A stretch of 64,000 nucleotides of DNA from assembly GCA_951406725.2 (NCBI GenBank), contig OX597835.1, positions 24,738,001 to 24,802,000 on the forward strand. Reading direction: 5' to 3'. This DNA is from Octopus vulgaris. Lineage: Eukaryota. A program made the translations under genes and the position numbers. The notes below the pieces were generated by a model, which saw nothing but the letters and a program-made list of their open reading frames with translations, did no database searches and was not told where the DNA came from. Positions 38,971 to 55,377 of the stretch are shown one piece after another. How positions within the stretch are numbered: the stretch's first letter is position 1; each line of letters opens with the position of its first letter.

Positions 38971-40042
38971 TTGTACATATATGTGTCTTTGTGTTTCTGT
39001 TTGTCACCCACCAGCGCTTGACAACCGGTGTTGGTGTTTCGTTTGTTTACGTCCCCGTAACTCAACAGTTCAGTTAAAGAGACCGACAAGACCGATATGT
39101 GTGTGTGTGTGTGTGTGTCTTTGTGCGTGTGTTTGTTCCCCATCATTTCTTGACAACCTGTGTTTACGTCGCCATAACTTAGCGGTTCAGCAAAAGATAA
39201 CGATATAAGTACCAGGCTTAAAAATAATAGGTACTGGGGTTGAACCATTTGACTAAAAAATTTTGAAGGTGCCCCAGCATGGTCGCGGTCTAGTGACTGA
39301 GAGAAATAAAAGAGAAATGATACTAAGATAAAGATGTGCGATGTGCATCGTGCGCGCGAGTCTGTGTGTAGTGTTTTTTTTTTTCTTAATTTTTGTTTTT
39401 GCATGTCATTACGTGTGTCTGTGTGTCCCTAATATGTAGGTCAGAAGCAGTCCGGTACCTCACTAGAGTTAATTAGATTGTGCAAGTTGATATGGAATGT
39501 TCATTAAGACAGAAACCAACAAACGAAAATTAAGTAAATATCGTATATCAGGGTTTCACCACACACACACACACACACACACATATACCTCTATACACAC
39601 ACATATCCTTATACAAACGCAATCACACGATCACACGTGTGCACAAACACACACACAATCACGGGCGCGCGCACAGTCACGCAATCATACAGAGAGGCAT
39701 ATTCTAAACAACAAAATGTACACACATACATTGTAAACATATATGAAGTTCAATTGTGTCATACAGGTACATACATACACGCACTCACACAAACACGCAT
39801 AAGCTTAGTCTGCACCATGCCATACAGGCAAGATAACCTAGCCATGACACATACATACATACATACATACATACATACATACATACATACAACATACATA
39901 CATACATACATACATACATACATACATACATACATACATACATACAAACATAAACGTTCTAACATACATAATTACTGGTAGATACTCATTAACATACCTG
40001 TATACATAAATACTTACATACACACACACTCGTACACACATA

Positions 40043-40410
40043 CAAAGCTCAGTTGTGTAATATAAACGCATGCATACACACACGCATTTACATATACTTA
40101 CACACACACACAAGGCTCAGTTGTGTAATATAAACGCATACATACACACACGCATTTACATATACTTACACACACACACAAAGCTCAGTTGTGTAATATA
40201 AACGCATACATACACACACATACACACACGCATTTACATATACTTACACACACACAGAAAGCTCAGTTGTGTAATATAAACGCATACATACACACACGCA
40301 TTTAAATATACTTACACATACACACACAAAGCTCAGTTGTGTCATACTAACAAATGCACAACACTGACATTAACATATTTACACACATACAAAGTTTAGT
40401 TATGTCATGG
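40043..40410. repeat. Minisatellite, unit of about 65-80 bp starting AAAGCTCAGTTGTGTAATATAAACGCATAC, 5-6 copies
   Basis: Seen directly. Confidence 0.92.
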
Positions 40411-40414
40411 AAAC

Positions 40415-41232
40415 AGTCGCCATTTTATATTTTTAATTTAGTGCATGCGCATTGTTTTATTTTTGATTTTGTCAACTACACAGTATAGTAGGGACAGTTG
40501 GGCACCGTCTGTGAGAAAAACACCACCGTGACGCAATTCACTCTACCAAAACTTTGGAAATGACACGTGGTACTGCTTGGCATTTGCGCCGGAAGCTCTA
40601 ATATGAACATTTCAGAGTGTTTGGGTGTCAATTTGAGGACAGTGCAATCTGAGAGCATATACCAAGAGTGATAAAAATCAAACATCCAGTTAACACCATG
40701 GTGTTTGGAGTACTCACTAGTGATGGCGACATTATGCCCCCATTCATCTTCCCACACGGCCTCACACCCAACACGGAGGCATACATCAAGTGCCTGGAAG
40801 AGGTAGTGTTGCCCTGGGTCACGAGGGTGGCTACTGAGACTCTATGTCTGGTAAAAAGGACTCTGCATCATGCCACACAAGCAAGATAACTCAGTCATGA
40901 CTCAGACAATTTCTGCGACATCTCCCCAGACTTCAAACCCCTTGACTATTATGTGTGCGGCGAAGTTGAACGACAGACCAACAAAACTCCTTGTAACATC
41001 AAAGAACTGAAGGCAAGGATTATGGCAGCATTCACCAGCTTAAACAAGGAGACTGTCCAGAAGAATTACAGGAGATTCCGAAGTCGTCTGGAGGCTGATT
41101 GAAGCCAATGGTCATTTTATTGAATAAATTTACTCTTTACTATTTAAAAACATTTCTATGTAATTTTGGTGAAAATATCTGTTAAAATGAGATGTCAGTG
41201 TTATTTTCATTTTTGCGTAATTTAGATGACAG
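40415..41232 (+). mobile_element. Internally deleted DD37D/maT-like transposon (transposase pseudogene)
   Basis: KHPVNTMVFGVLTSDGDIMPPFIFPHGL...YIKCLEEVVLPW...DSASCH...SPDFKPLDYYV...RRFRSRLEA. The SPDxxPLDY motif is typical of DD37D elements. Confidence 0.8.
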
Positions 41233-41476
41233 TTATGAATTTCGGAGTGTTTGGGTGTCAATCTGAGGAGAGTGCAATCTGAGAGCATGTACCAAGAGTG
41301 GTAAAAATCAAACATTCAGTTAACATCATGGTGTTTGGAGTACTATAGTCGAGGGATTACTGTATATTTAGTTTAATCTTCTATCCTTTACTTGTTTCAG
41401 ACATTGGATTGCGGCACGCTGAGGCACCGCTTTCCACCCTGTATACACATACACATATATATATATAACACATATA

Positions 41477-41698
41477 TTGGTTTCAAATTTTGGCTCTGGG
41501 TCGGCAATTTTGTGGGAGGGGCTAAGACGATTACATCGACCTCAGTGATCAACTGGTAGTTATTTTATCGACCATGGAACGCAAAGTCGACCTCAGCAGA
41601 ATGTGAACACAGAACACAGACACAGACATAATACCGCTCACTGCTCACCGCTCAGTATTTTCACCGGCGTGCTAACGATTCTGCTGGCTCGCCGTCTT
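41477..41698 (-). mobile_element. SINE family A, diverged
   Basis: Core and head on the minus strand. Other diverged copies at about 34530-34760(-), 43915-44128(+) and 52417-52620(+). Confidence 0.75.
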
Positions 41699-41765
41699 GA
41701 AATGCGTGTACATAGTATATTGGATATTTACTAACCCTTAGATGGTTGCTTAACTCTAACTCATA

Positions 41766-41861
<96 letters not shown>

Positions 41862-41895
41862 CTAGAACGTTACTCGACGTATGACGGTTAAATTT
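41862..41895 (-). mobile_element. Probable Helitron 3' terminus
   Basis: (TA)n|CTAG followed by a degenerate hairpin ACTCGACGTATGACGGT. 5' end not located. Confidence 0.4.
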
Positions 41896-41930
41896 GTCAC
41901 TTTGGAAGTATAGTTATTTTTTTAATGTTA

Positions 41931-42496
41931 TTGGGTTGTCCGGAAAGTTCATGCCGATTTATAGTAGCTTACATTTCGATTTATTTTTTAACATGGTTGA
42001 GTCCATAAAATAGTATTTGACTACACCTCCATTTAGAGCACAGTTTAAGCTATCTTTTCGTGGAAGAAGGTTTATGTTCCTATAACCTGTGTTAATTCTG
42101 TAACCCTTTAAAATGGAAGATAAGAAAGTTCATTTTCGGCACTTGATGCTTTGGGAACCAGACAAAAATTGCTGAAGCTCGGCAGGTATGTGTTACCCCA
42201 CATTCCATATTCACCAGATATTGCTCCTTCGGATATCCACTTATTCAGGTCTCTGCAGAATAGTCTTAATGGTAAAAATTTCAATTTCTTGGATGATGTA
42301 AAAAGATACCTTCATGAATTCTTTGTCATGAAACCACCTCAATTGTGGGAAGAGGTTATTTTCAAGTTAAAGGAAAGATGAAGACGCATTGTGCAACAAA
42401 ATGGTTCATATTTAGTTGATTAAAAATGTAATGGCAAGTATTTATTGACGTTTTTCTTTCCTTTAAAAATCGGCACGAACTTTCCGGACAACCCAA
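41931..42496 (+). mobile_element. Internally deleted mariner, mellifera-like
   Basis: 30-bp TIRs TTGGGTTGTCCGGAAAGTTCRTGCCGATTT and TA TSD. N-terminal MEDKKVHFRHLMLWE (ATG at 42113) is fused out of frame to ...PHIPYSPDIAPSDIHLFRSLQNSLNGK. Confidence 0.95.
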
Positions 42497-42909
42497 TACA
42501 TCATGTGTAATATCCAGGAATGAGCCATGCATACACTAAGATTTAACTTTCAGCAAATTTCTGGATGCTTAGGCTAAGTACCTATGCTACGAACACTAAT
42601 TTCCAAAAGAAAAAAAAATGATTAACTTAAAATATGATTTAATAATTTAATATTCAAAAACTATTCAAAAAAATATTAGGAAGATTGAAAATTAGATTAC
42701 TCGCCCTGTTGATCTTGTGTTATAGACGTTCACACACATACATACATACACACATGCACACGCACACATGCATGCACACAAAAACACATACACTCACAAA
42801 TGCACAAACACAAACATACATACATGCACGCACACATATATGTATATATACATACATATACTGATGTATATATATACATATATATATACACATACATATA
42901 TACCTACAT

Positions 42910-42943
<34 letters not shown>

Positions 42944-43118
42944 GTACACACACAAACATGCTCTCCACATTCTCTGGTTCTCTGATTCGTTCCCTCTCAC
43001 CGTGTTTGGCGTTTATTAACTAATTGCCTGCTACCAAGACTAGTATCCGCACTCAAATATGTATGAATGAACGTGTGTGTATGTGCATATATATGTAAAT
43101 ATTACTGATATATGGGTG

Positions 43119-43167
<49 letters not shown>

Positions 43168-43534
43168 CATTCATATATGAGTATATACATATACACACAC
43201 ATAAATATATACATACATATGTTCATATATATGTGTATAAACGTATGAATATATGAGTACTGGGGTCGATCCGTCCGACTAAACCCGTCGAGGCGATACC
43301 CCAGCGTGAGAGAAGTGAAAAGCTGATTGTTAATTAAAAGTAATTGGTTAATGTAAACCAAAATTTCGAAAATTCAAAATGGCGTCTAGTCGAAATAAAA
43401 ATTGTTTATTCTGTTATATAGCTGACCGTAGTTCCGCAATAAAATAGGCAGAGAATTTTGAAGAGCGGTTGGCAATCGGTGGATGTGAGCAATCATATTG
43501 CCAAGAAATTTTAATGATAATAATAGTAATAATA

Positions 43535-43589
<55 letters not shown>

Positions 43590-43615
43590 CGATGATGATG
43601 ATGATGATGATGATG

Positions 43616-43675
<60 letters not shown>

Positions 43676-43831
43676 TTATTAGTCTTATCATCATCATCAC
43701 AAACATCATCATCACTATCATCATCATCATCACCGTCATCATCATCGTTATTGGGATAATATATAATATCCGCTCAATAACTTCCGCTCTTATTAGTGTT
43801 CTTGTTATTGCTGCTGCTGTTATTGTCATCG

Positions 43832-43876
<45 letters not shown>

Positions 43877-44229
43877 CCGTCAGCTTCATCAGCATCATCA
43901 TTACTACTGGCAAAAGGATGTTAGACTGGCAGAACCGCTGAAGAATGTGATGAACTGGCGTAAACATTTCGATATGGTATTCAGATCTTCGAGTTCAAAT
44001 CACACCGAAGACAACCTTGACTTTCATCCTCTCGGACTCAGCAGAGTAAAGTACCAGCTAAATGCTGAGATCGTTGATAAAGACTAGCCCCTCCCTGTAA
44101 AAGTACTGGCCTCGTGCTTAAATTAGAATGCATTATTATTTGTGTGCGTGTGCTTGCATGTGTGTGTGCGCAAAAAAATGCAATTAGTTAGTAAAATTCT
44201 TAGAAACCCTGCTTGCATATATGCGTGTG

Positions 44230-44274
<45 letters not shown>

Positions 44275-44674
44275 GCGATTGGGTAGTAAAATTGTTAGGA
44301 ACCCTCACAAAATAATTTGTGATATTGTTTCGGTCATTTACGCCCATCATTTCAAATAATATACCAGTCAGATACTGAAGCCGATACATTGACTGTACTC
44401 CATATCTGCCCAGTGTTACCTCCTGTCGAATTCCCAGTCACAGCGTTACTAGTTTCTTAGCCGTTATCAATGGAAAATACCGAAGAGGGATAACTCTGGG
44501 CAGATTGAAAACCGAAGCTTTAACTCAAACCTAACCAGCAACATAGTCTGAGTTATGCTATTACACCGCCAGGTCGGAAGAAATTCAGTAGTATCGGCAA
44601 CAAGATTTGTACATATTTGCATATATGGGCATCAGCGAACTTTAGGTTTGTTAAAATGTTTGTCACATGGGAAT

Positions 44675-44688
44675 CCGGTAGGGGGCGA
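44675..44688 (+). promoter_or_regulatory. CTCF-like motif
   Basis: CCGGTAGGGGGCGA. Confidence 0.3.
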
Positions 44689-44825
44689 AACTGGTCAGAT
44701 ATGGTGTTCATACACCTTTTACCATATGAGAGGTATTTTTCTCCAAGGTCACTGCAGTGAATTTGCCTTTAGTTGAAATATATCGCAAACATTTCAACTA
44801 GCCTAAACTTCGCATACATACATAC

Positions 44826-44868
<43 letters not shown>

Positions 44869-45026
44869 GATAGACAGATAAACAGATACACATATACGTA
44901 CATGTGTATGTATGTATGTATGTATATATATATATATATATACATGCATACATGTATATATACAAATAGATAGATATGAATCTATCTATCTATGAATCTA
45001 TCTATATATATACGTGCGTGTTTATG

Positions 45027-45064
<38 letters not shown>

Positions 45065-45228
45065 CATATATGTGTGTATATATGTGTGTGTGTATTTCAA
45101 CATAGAGATATGCATTACTAGATACATATATGTACATACACACACATACCCTCGTGTGTAGGTTTATTGACACAAATAGACAGACACATTCGCTAGTACA
45201 CATGCATACATCACACACACAAATGCAG

Positions 45229-45259
<31 letters not shown>

Positions 45260-45383
45260 CATGAAAACAGAGAGAGAGGAGAGAGAGGGAGAGTCTCAGT
45301 GTTAAGTGTACTTTCGAATGTACATACGAAATTAATATTAGATCCAGTTTGAAAGGAACTCCATTAATCCTTTATATGTTGTA

Positions 45384-45432
<49 letters not shown>

Positions 45433-45708
45433 AAGAAGCAACTACATACATACTTCACATGCGTTTCATAGGATATGGTGCATGTTTGTATGAATATGTT
45501 TGTGTGAGTGTGTCTGTGCGTGTCTGTGTGTGTGTGTGTAAATGTACGTGTGGACATTTTTATAAGTGCACGCACACACACACATATAAGTACACACACA
45601 TATATATATATACGTATATATATATATATACATATACACACATATTTGCACATATGTATATTTACAAATGTATATATATATTTATATATATACACATATG
45701 TACATATA

Positions 45709-45774
<66 letters not shown>

Positions 45775-45979
45775 ATGTATATATGTAAATCTACATACTT
45801 ATGTATATTTATATACATACTTATGTATATTTATATACATACACACACATGCATACTCCTTCACACACGTAAGCACATATATCTATGTGTATGTATATAG
45901 ATGCATGAACATATATGTATATGTATATATATTTGAATGTATAAGTTATATATACATATACATATATATATATATGTGG

Positions 45980-46035
<56 letters not shown>

Positions 46036-46844
46036 CATAAATATATCAATACATACATACGTAAATATATACATACAAACATAAATATTACGTATTACAT
46101 AAATTTAATGACTCTCGTATTGGGAACAGAAATGCAAGCAAGAGGACGTTGATGAACCGTGTCAGCGATCCGGTTTCCATCCCTATTGGGAAAACAGCTC
46201 TCTTGCTTAATTTCCACTGTGCTAATACTTCACAGAGAAGAGTGGGGTGGAACTTATAAATACTACTCGAAAATCCTTACCAAATCCTTGACTTCTGGCA
46301 TCACTTCTGCGAGTTCTTTAATCTCTACCCATATAGGAAATTCGAAATATATTAGTACTTATTTTCAATTATATGCTCGTTATGTTTCCCTTTAGTAATT
46401 CTTCTACATCATTTTAACACCATTGCTACAGCATTGCCAAGTTGCTGTACTACTACCGCACAAAAGTGCACCACAACACCGCGGTATTACTATACCACTT
46501 TACTACAACCATATTAGGTCGCCATCAATAATATATATATATTCCCTTTTTCTCTTTTACAGGGAAAATCTTGGGAAAATATAAAAATAGTTTTAACTTT
46601 TTTATAATTTCCCAAGATTTTCTATCGTAAACTGTTCTTAACATGTTCTTATTATCAAAGAATGTATATATTGTAATACTTTGTGACCAGTACCTAACAC
46701 AACCAAACTTTTACATGTTACTTTTGACAATCTTTTCTAAAAAATGTGAAATCGGTCAAGTAAATAAACATCTTTTAAAATTGCATTTTCAAACCTTCTT
46801 TCATATATAATTCCACTCGTGTGGTACCTTACAACTCCACTTTG

Positions 46845-46912
<68 letters not shown>

Positions 46913-47277
46913 TTGTATGTATGTATGTATGTTTTTCGGTGTCTGTGATGTCCCCCACCATCGCTTGACAACCGATGTTGGTATGTTTACGTCCCCGTAA
47001 ATTAGCGGTTCGGCAAAATTGCCCGATAGAATAAGTACTAGGCTTACGAAGAATAAGTCCTGGGGTCGATTTCTTCGACTAAAAACAGTACTCCAGCATG
47101 GCTGCAGTCAAAATAATTAAAACAAATAAAAGAATACATATATATATAAATATATATATTACAGGGTAAAAGTTTTTCAATTTTCTCCTGGTTTATGGTA
47201 TTAATGTTATTTTGCGGTTAAAGCTTTTGGCTGTTATTTCTAGTGGGTGAATGGCCTATTATGGCCGTTCCTTGATT

Positions 47278-49189
<1,912 letters not shown>

Positions 49190-49871
49190 TCTCTTATTAT
49201 AAAAGGCAGATTTTATCTGCCTCCCTTTGGGAGTTATACAAATCTACAATATAGGATTTCTTCAATTAAAATTTACCTAGCAGTTTTAAGAGTACAATGC
49301 ATCGCGTCATGCCAGGTCCAGTTTTTAAAATTTAAACTCCAATTAAGCAAAATTTACAGAAAACTCACATTCTGGTGTGTGTGTCAAATGCTTTACTTAG
49401 TCTGGTTTACACCACACGCAAACGCACACACACAGTGGGCAACGAATAAAATGAAAGTAAATAGCGACAGAGTGATTTGAGGAAGACTAAAGTGAAAGTA
49501 TTCTGTCTATGACGCTGATAGATACATGAGTAAAATGTATGGGAAGCTAAGAGCTAAGAGTGAGTGAAAATGTTCTTGGAAGAGAGTAATTAGTAATAAA
49601 GTAAACATACACTCATACATACATACATACATACATACATACATACATACATACATACACACATACACACACACATACATACACACACACATACATACAT
49701 ACACACATACATACATACATACATATACATACATACATACATATACATACATACATACACACACATACACACACACACAGTATTGAAGCTTGAGAACAAT
49801 CAGATACATTTGCAACACATCTGTTGAAAATATTATTGTTCACACACATACATATACATATATACATACAG

Positions 49872-49908
<37 letters not shown>

Positions 49909-50981
49909 ATCCAGCATGGCCACAACCTCAAGGCTGAAACATATAAAACAATAACAGAATATAAATGTGTGCAAAGTACAAGAAATATTAATGCAGTATA
50001 TGGGGATTGGACAATAAGCGTAAGGCAGTGTCAATGGTGGTTCCAGAAATCCCGAGCCATAAACTACAGCCTAGAAGACGAGCCTCATCCTGAAAGATCT
50101 GTAGAACTCGACAAGGACATCCTGAAAACCCTGGTGGAACAAAATATCATCGTAACTGTTGAGGAACTAGCAGAGAAGCTTGGATTTGGTCATTCAACCA
50201 TTCATTGACACCTGTGTGCTATCGGAAAAGTCAGCAAATTGGGTCAATGGGTTCCTCACGAACTTTCCGAGTCTAATTGCATGCAGAGAGTGAATGTATG
50301 CTTTTCTTTGCTGTCATATCTCACCACTACTGCGCTATGTATATCTATATATATAAAACTGTAGTTGTGTGAGTGTCTGTCCCCTTCGATTTAGATTCCT
50401 AACTACTCCCACATTTTGCGATACAGTTTAACCAAATTCGGGTAGCTTATAGTTGTGATTCATATCGAGCCCGTCTGAATATTAGCGCGCGTCTACGATG
50501 AGTCTACGATTTTAAAAATAATTTAACATCATTATTTATTCCATTTTAATGCATAATTTTTCGTGTGTCGATGGCGGCGGAGTTGGCGTCCACGCTCACA
50601 CCTGCACCTGTGGGGAAGGGAGTGTAAGGAAATCAACGTCGTAATGCGTTGTCAAGGAGACCAGTGTTCTTTTAGAACAACGACTTCATGGCTTGAAGAC
50701 ACCAAAACAGAAATGGCTAAGAAAGCGTCTACATGAGTCTACGATTTAAAAAAAAATTTACCATCGTTTTTTTTCCATTTTAATGCATTTTTTCGCTATT
50801 ATATAAGGGAAGTAACTCTCTAAAAATGTCTACGATGAGTCAACGATTTTTAAAAAAAAATTTACCATCATATTTTTTCCATTTTTAATGCATTTTTTGC
50901 TATTTTTGGGCTATAACTCTCTAAAAATGCTTATATAGTTATTTCCCTTACAAACCCGAGCAACGCCGGGCGATACTGCTA

Positions 50982-50982
<1 letters not shown>
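49190..50982 (+). mobile_element. Composite non-autonomous Helitron, copy 2 (tandem)
   Basis: Begins immediately after the CTAG of copy 1 and ends CTAG|T into (TA)n. Near-identical apart from a few substitutions and microsatellite length. Confidence 0.9.
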
Positions 50983-51042
<60 letters not shown>

Positions 51043-51594
51043 GGCACCGAAACGAGAGAGTGAAATTATATTCTAAAGCTTTTGTGTGCAAAACCTTAAA
51101 TGCTAAATTTTGGATTTATATTTTAATTCACCTGAAGAAAACGGTTCTTTAAATAATGTAATTGATTTGTTCATCAATAGAAAAGACATGTCAGAAACAG
51201 CTGTAGTGAACCTCAGCTCATTTGTGTTATTGTGTATGTGTGTGTGTGTTTACATACATATGTATAGCGTGTGTTTGTGTTTGTGTGTGCGTGTGTGTGT
51301 ATGATTATGTATATGTATATGTAGGAGTGTTTCGCTTTGCGTATGTGTGTGTGGGAGGGGGTGTTGGTGTGCGAGCGCGTCTGTATTTGTCTTTCACTGC
51401 TGGACAACTGATCTTTGTTTACAGCTCGATAACTTAGCAGTTCGATAAAATAAAATGTATAGAATAAGTACCAGATTTAAGGGGAAAAAAGAGATAAGCA
51501 CTGGCGTCCCTTTGTGGTCTCATCTCGAAACTGTATCTTAGCTATGACCATCCCGTTGTTTATACATTAGTTTGTACTGGACTACCGTATTTGC

Positions 51595-51819
51595 ATTATT
51601 CACATTGGATGGATATGTATCCTCATCTTGTTTGTTGATACCACAACGTTTCGGCTGATTTACTCTCCAGCCTTCATCAAGTGTCCTGGTAGAATTTTGA
51701 ATCCAACCCTTGGACAAAATTCCACCAGGACACCTGATGAAGGCTGGAGAGTAGACAAGCCGAAACGTTGTGGTAACAACAAACAAGATGAGGACACATA
51801 TCCATCCAATGTAAATAAT
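51595..51819. mobile_element. Fold-back element (arms about 110 bp), family H3
   Basis: Imperfect palindrome centred on TCCAA-CCC-TTGGA (51702-51714). Confidence 0.8.
51731..51772 (+). ncRNA. Minimal type-I hammerhead ribozyme, canonical core
   Basis: CAC-CTGATGA-A-GGCT...AGCC-GAAA-CGTT-GTG: stem I CAC/GTG, stem II GGCT/AGCC, palindromic stem III, GUU site. Confidence 0.7.
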
Positions 51820-52018
51820 ATACAGGATTCCTCGTCTCTAAAATACAGAGCAGTCTTATGTAACGTGTCCTTCCTTTTATGATTTCTAAGTCGTTAGGGT
51901 GTGATTTGAAGGAGATTTGACAACACTTTCTAGCAGGGGCGTCGCAGAGGTTTCCCTCTTAGATGTTGTATAGTATCTCACGAGTGTTTGTGTGAGTGTG
52001 AGTGTGTGAGTATTAGTG

Positions 52019-52095
<77 letters not shown>

Positions 52096-53472
52096 CTACT
52101 TTAAAGTAGGAGAAATCAGGTCAGGATTTTGCCTTGAATGAGATGGATGGTGAGGGAGGTAAGGTGTGGCGGGAGAGAATAGTGTGACGGCGGAGAGGAA
52201 TAGTGTGACTGGGGCGGGGTGGGGGTGGAGGGCAGTGTGATGAGGGGACGCTGGGGAGGGGACAGGAAAACTTCCGGGTAGCAGCGTTGGGGTGGGAAGA
52301 AAGTGATCCCTTTTTCCATGATTTTGTCGTCATCGTTCTTGTTGTTGTTGTTATGTTGTTTTTGTTTATTAAAGTCGGTATTATAGTTGCTGTTGTTGTT
52401 GTTGTTGTTGTGTTGTTTAGCACGCCGGGAAATGCTTAGCGGCATTTACTGTTTTACGTTCTGAGTTCAAATTCCACCGAAGTCCACTTTGCCTTTCATC
52501 CTTTCAGAGTCGTTACAATAAATACCAGTAAGAGTACTAGCGGGTGCGGGGGGGAGGCAGCAGCTATGTAATCGACTCGCCCCCTCCTCTCAAAAGCTGC
52601 AAACCCTGTGCCAAAATTTGGTGGTAGTAGTGATGCAGGTACTGCTGGTATTGATGGCGATTGTGCTGATGCTGCTGCTGCTGTTGTTGATATCGTTGGT
52701 CGTCGTCGTGGTTTTTATGATAATGGTGGTGGTCGTGGCGGTTGTGGTGATGGATGTTGTAGTGGTGGTGATGGTAGTAGTGGTGGCGATGATGATGATG
52801 GTGGTAATGGAACTAGTGTTATGGATGATAGTAGTCATGGTGGTGGTAGTGATGGTTGTGGTATTAATTGTAGTTGTAATGGTTGTATCGTTGGTTGGGG
52901 GTGGGGGTGTTATTAGCCGTGATGGTATTGATGGCGTTGGTGGTATTTGTGCTGGCGCTGAGGGGGAATTGGTGAGGGTGATTACGGTAGCAGTGGTACT
53001 GGCACTGGTGCCGGTGGTGGAACTGGTGGTATTTGTTGTGATGGTGGCGATGATAGTATAGTAGTGGTGGTGGTGGTGGTGTGGGCATCTTCGTCGTCGT
53101 CATCGTGGTCGTGGTCGTTATGATAATGTTGATGGTAGTGGTGATGGCGGTGATGGTGGTGACAGTGGTATTGGCGGTGGTGGTATTCGGTGTGACAGCG
53201 CTGATGGGTAGTGGTGATGGTGGCGGTAGTGGAACTAGTGGTATTGATGATGGCAATGGTGATGGAGAAACAGCAGAAGCAGGAGTGGGATAATCAAGAT
53301 GCACCTGTTGGAATTAACCTATTTCTTTCTCCTCACGCCCCCAAAATATTACCCCGGGGCAAAGTATTGTCAACACTTCCATAGGGAGGGACATTGCTGC
53401 CCCTTCCACCGCCCCTGCTAATATCATATTTCGCTAATCTTCGCTCATAACCTATTACTTACATATATACAT

Positions 53473-53525
<53 letters not shown>

Positions 53526-53569
53526 CGTATGTCCGGATGTTTTGTGTTCTTGTCTCATTTTTGGTATTC

Positions 53570-53621
<52 letters not shown>

Positions 53622-53655
53622 CATATATATATACACATACATATACACATACATA

Positions 53656-53693
<38 letters not shown>

Positions 53694-53696
<3 letters not shown>

Positions 53697-55057
53697 CGTT
53701 GTGTTTGGGGAGAGTCATTTTCTTTCTGTGCCTTACAATTTAACTCACCGGTAAAATTTTCACTTCTTCCTAAAATTTTCGTTGCGTCTTGCAACCTTTT
53801 TAATAGTCATGACTCTGTCCGTTATTTACACTACGTTCTTTTTTTATTGTTTGTGTGCATGTGTGTGCCTATGCATGCATACATGTATGTATGTATGTAT
53901 GTATGTATGTATGTATGTATGTATGTATGTATGGACATGTGTGTATGTATGTATGTATGTATGTATGTATGTATGTATGTATGTATGTATGTATGTATGC
54001 GTGTGTTTATATATGTATGCACCTCTGTGTCCTTGTGTGAAGTAAAGTGTGTGTGTATATATGGTCATATGTTTCAGTCTCCATTTGCGTGTGCTTGTCT
54101 GTTCATATAACCTATGTACCTATCTTATATCCGCATCATATCCCAGCACCCAACACTCAAACATTTACGGGAGTACGTCCTTAAAAATGAAACATCTCCA
54201 ATGCTGAATAGGAAATATACATAGAAGATATAATACCTCCATACCCACAGTTTACACAGGTAGAGTAGAATAGTTAGTCGGTTGTTATGTAGATAGATGT
54301 ATGTATGTGTGTGTGTAGGTGTATGTATGTATGTATGTATGTATGTATGTATGTATGTATGTATGTATGTATGTATGTATGTATATATGTATGTATGTAT
54401 GTATGTATGTGCAAGAATATGGATATGAAAATAAACAGATCAACATACAGGCGGATAGGTACATAGGTTATATGAACGGTCAAGCACACATAGGCAAATG
54501 GAGACTGAGTCACATGACCATATATAAACACACACTTTACATAGTTGCAAAACACACACACACACACACTCAGACATGCACACACAAGAAGATAGAGGTG
54601 CATACATATATAAACACACGCACACACACACATACATAAAAAACGCACAAACACGGACACGCAAGCATATAAATATGCAGAATACATACATACAGATGCA
54701 CAAACATAGATACATATATATATATGCTACACACACATACACAAACACATACATACATACATACATACATACATACATACATACATACATACATACATAC
54801 ATACATACATACATACATACATACATACATACATAGGCAAACACACAGATGCGCACTAACAATCAAAAAGACTATTGAAAAGGTTGCAAGACGCAACGAA
54901 AATTTTAGGAAAATAAAAATAAGAAATACGTGGAAATTTTACCGGTGTGTGTGTTACATTATAAGGCACAAAAAGAAAATGACTCTCTCCAGACACAACA
55001 GAATATGCTTCAACACACGAACTCACAGAAAGAACCTTGCAAACCAAATCCAAAACG
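53694..55057. repeat. Two family U copies in inverted orientation (53694-54124 plus, 54454-55057 minus)
   Basis: For example GTTCATATAACCTATGTACCTATC versus GATAGGTACATAGGTTATATGAAC. Confidence 0.8.
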
Positions 55058-55377
55058 AAATATATATATATATATATATATTTCGTACATACTTACATAT
55101 ATATGTATATACACATGCATATATGGGTACAAGACATCAAAAAACGTAAACAACATGAGAAACGAACTTTTTTTGCGAGTAACGAAAGAAACAAATATAA
55201 AAACAAGACAGGCAACATAAAGAACAATCCCTTCATCTGTTGCCCACTGTTTTATCTACTCCGCATTCCGAGCACTAGGACAAGATGCATCTTCCTCAAA
55301 ACAGTTGCTCCCGCAAGGCAAATTAGATATAATTAGGGATTTGCGGAGGGAATACATACACATGTAAGTATATAAAT

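Noticed and set aside
40043-40410. CRISPR-like repeat-spacer array
   Set aside because: The intervening sequences are the same microsatellite-like unit, the context is eukaryotic, and there are no cas genes.
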